The notes under the pieces are model-generated. The model had not been told where the DNA came from and did not search any database. It saw only the letters and a program-made list of their open reading frames with translations. 64,000 bases of DNA from Macrostomum lignano (lineage: Eukaryota): assembly GCA_002269645.1 (NCBI GenBank), contig NIVC01000065.1, forward strand, positions 313,489 to 377,488, read 5' to 3'. The position numbers and the translations under genes were made by a program. Shown here piece after piece: positions 63,075 to 64,000 of this stretch. Every line of letters starts with the position of its first letter. The first letter of the stretch is position 1.

Positions 63075-63829
63075 TGTAGCAGCGTGTAACTGTGGCATAT
63101 GACGGTGCTTGAGTCCTGTAATCTCCAATGCGGTCAGTAACTCGGAATGAGTCTGAAGCTCCGTGAGCTTTCTCTTGTGTTAGGCAATACCGAATCTGTA
63201 GCCGATTCTGCTTGAGATAAAATCGGTACAGTCAATTTTCTTAGAAATCAACTGGTTGCTAAGGCTCCCTCAGTATGCTCTATCTCGAGCACAGTATATT
63301 CTCTGTGCAATCGACAAATTCGGTTAAAAATCGATATCTTGAGAAAGCTTGAAAACCAAGGCTCAGGGTGGTGAAATGAGGCCAAGATCCGTTACTCCGA
63401 ATCGAACTGGCAAGTCTTTCTTCCTCGACTCTTATTTTAATCTTCCTTGAGTTGCTATATGTAATAAAAAACTCAAGATAAAGGCCAAATAAATTGTCTA
63501 CAAAGTATGCCGGCATTCGTATAGCCTTTTTTATTTTGGGTTTCACAGAGTTCGGCGAAACCACTATCGCTTTATTATTTTTAGTTAAGAAAAAATATTT
63601 CTATAACTGAAGACTCGCACTTTTTTATATCGCCGGGTGTCGGTTTTTTACAAGCAAACTTTGCACTGTAAAACAGGAGGTTAACACCTTTATAACACGG
63701 TTGGTTAGACTATCGTTATTAGGTAGTAAAGGTACGGATTATCTAATTAGAAAAGGTTTGAGTAGAATCCGCACTTGTGTCCTTTGTCTTCCAAAATAAT
63801 CCGGTATCCATGTTGAGTTCATCCACGCG

Positions 63830-64000
63830 CTTCACTGTTTTCTCTGCTTACGCAACGGCGTGCTGCCTGACGATCCGCTGCTCACCTGCTGCTTGAGCTT
63901 GCTCTTTGATGACGATGCTCTCGCTGTTGTGAGCCTCCTGCTGCTGAGCAGCCGCCGTCGCAACTCCGGTTGAGTCGCCGTCTCTTTAGTCCTCCGCACC
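63830..64000 (-). other. GC-rich coding-like segment, possibly the last exon of a minus-strand gene extending beyond the window
   Basis: Abrupt GC rise and an open frame (VRRTKETATQPELRRR...KQRKQ*); no recognisable motif. Confidence 0.3.

Overview
Eukaryotic (metazoan invertebrate) genomic DNA with spliceosomal introns and very abundant micro/minisatellites. The style resembles a Macrostomum-type flatworm genome, which is an inference only. From left to right: (1) A minus-strand tandem cluster of three paralogous 3-exon genes for small secreted WSC + PAN/Apple proteins. One is intact and two carry single nonsense codons. The cluster is interleaved with a probable solo LTR, a near-intact Ty3/Gypsy retrotransposon inserted in a (TATC)n intron, a tRNA-derived SINE and many tandem arrays. 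(2) fizzy-related/Cdh1 (minus) and kinesin-1 heavy chain (plus), arranged head-to-head. (3) Between them, a 13,545-bp Mutator-like (MULE) DNA transposon with a perfect 9-bp TSD and foldback-type TIRs built from a 69-bp double-hairpin unit (30 copies left, 6 right). It carries a nested dead mariner and an apparently intact 8-exon gene of about 1087 aa that fuses a MULE DDE/SWIM transposase to a Ulp1-like (C48) cysteine protease and a PHD finger. Several MITE families recur. Exon coordinates were derived by hand from splice signals and frame continuity. Most long ORFs in the supplied track are artefacts of tandem repeats.
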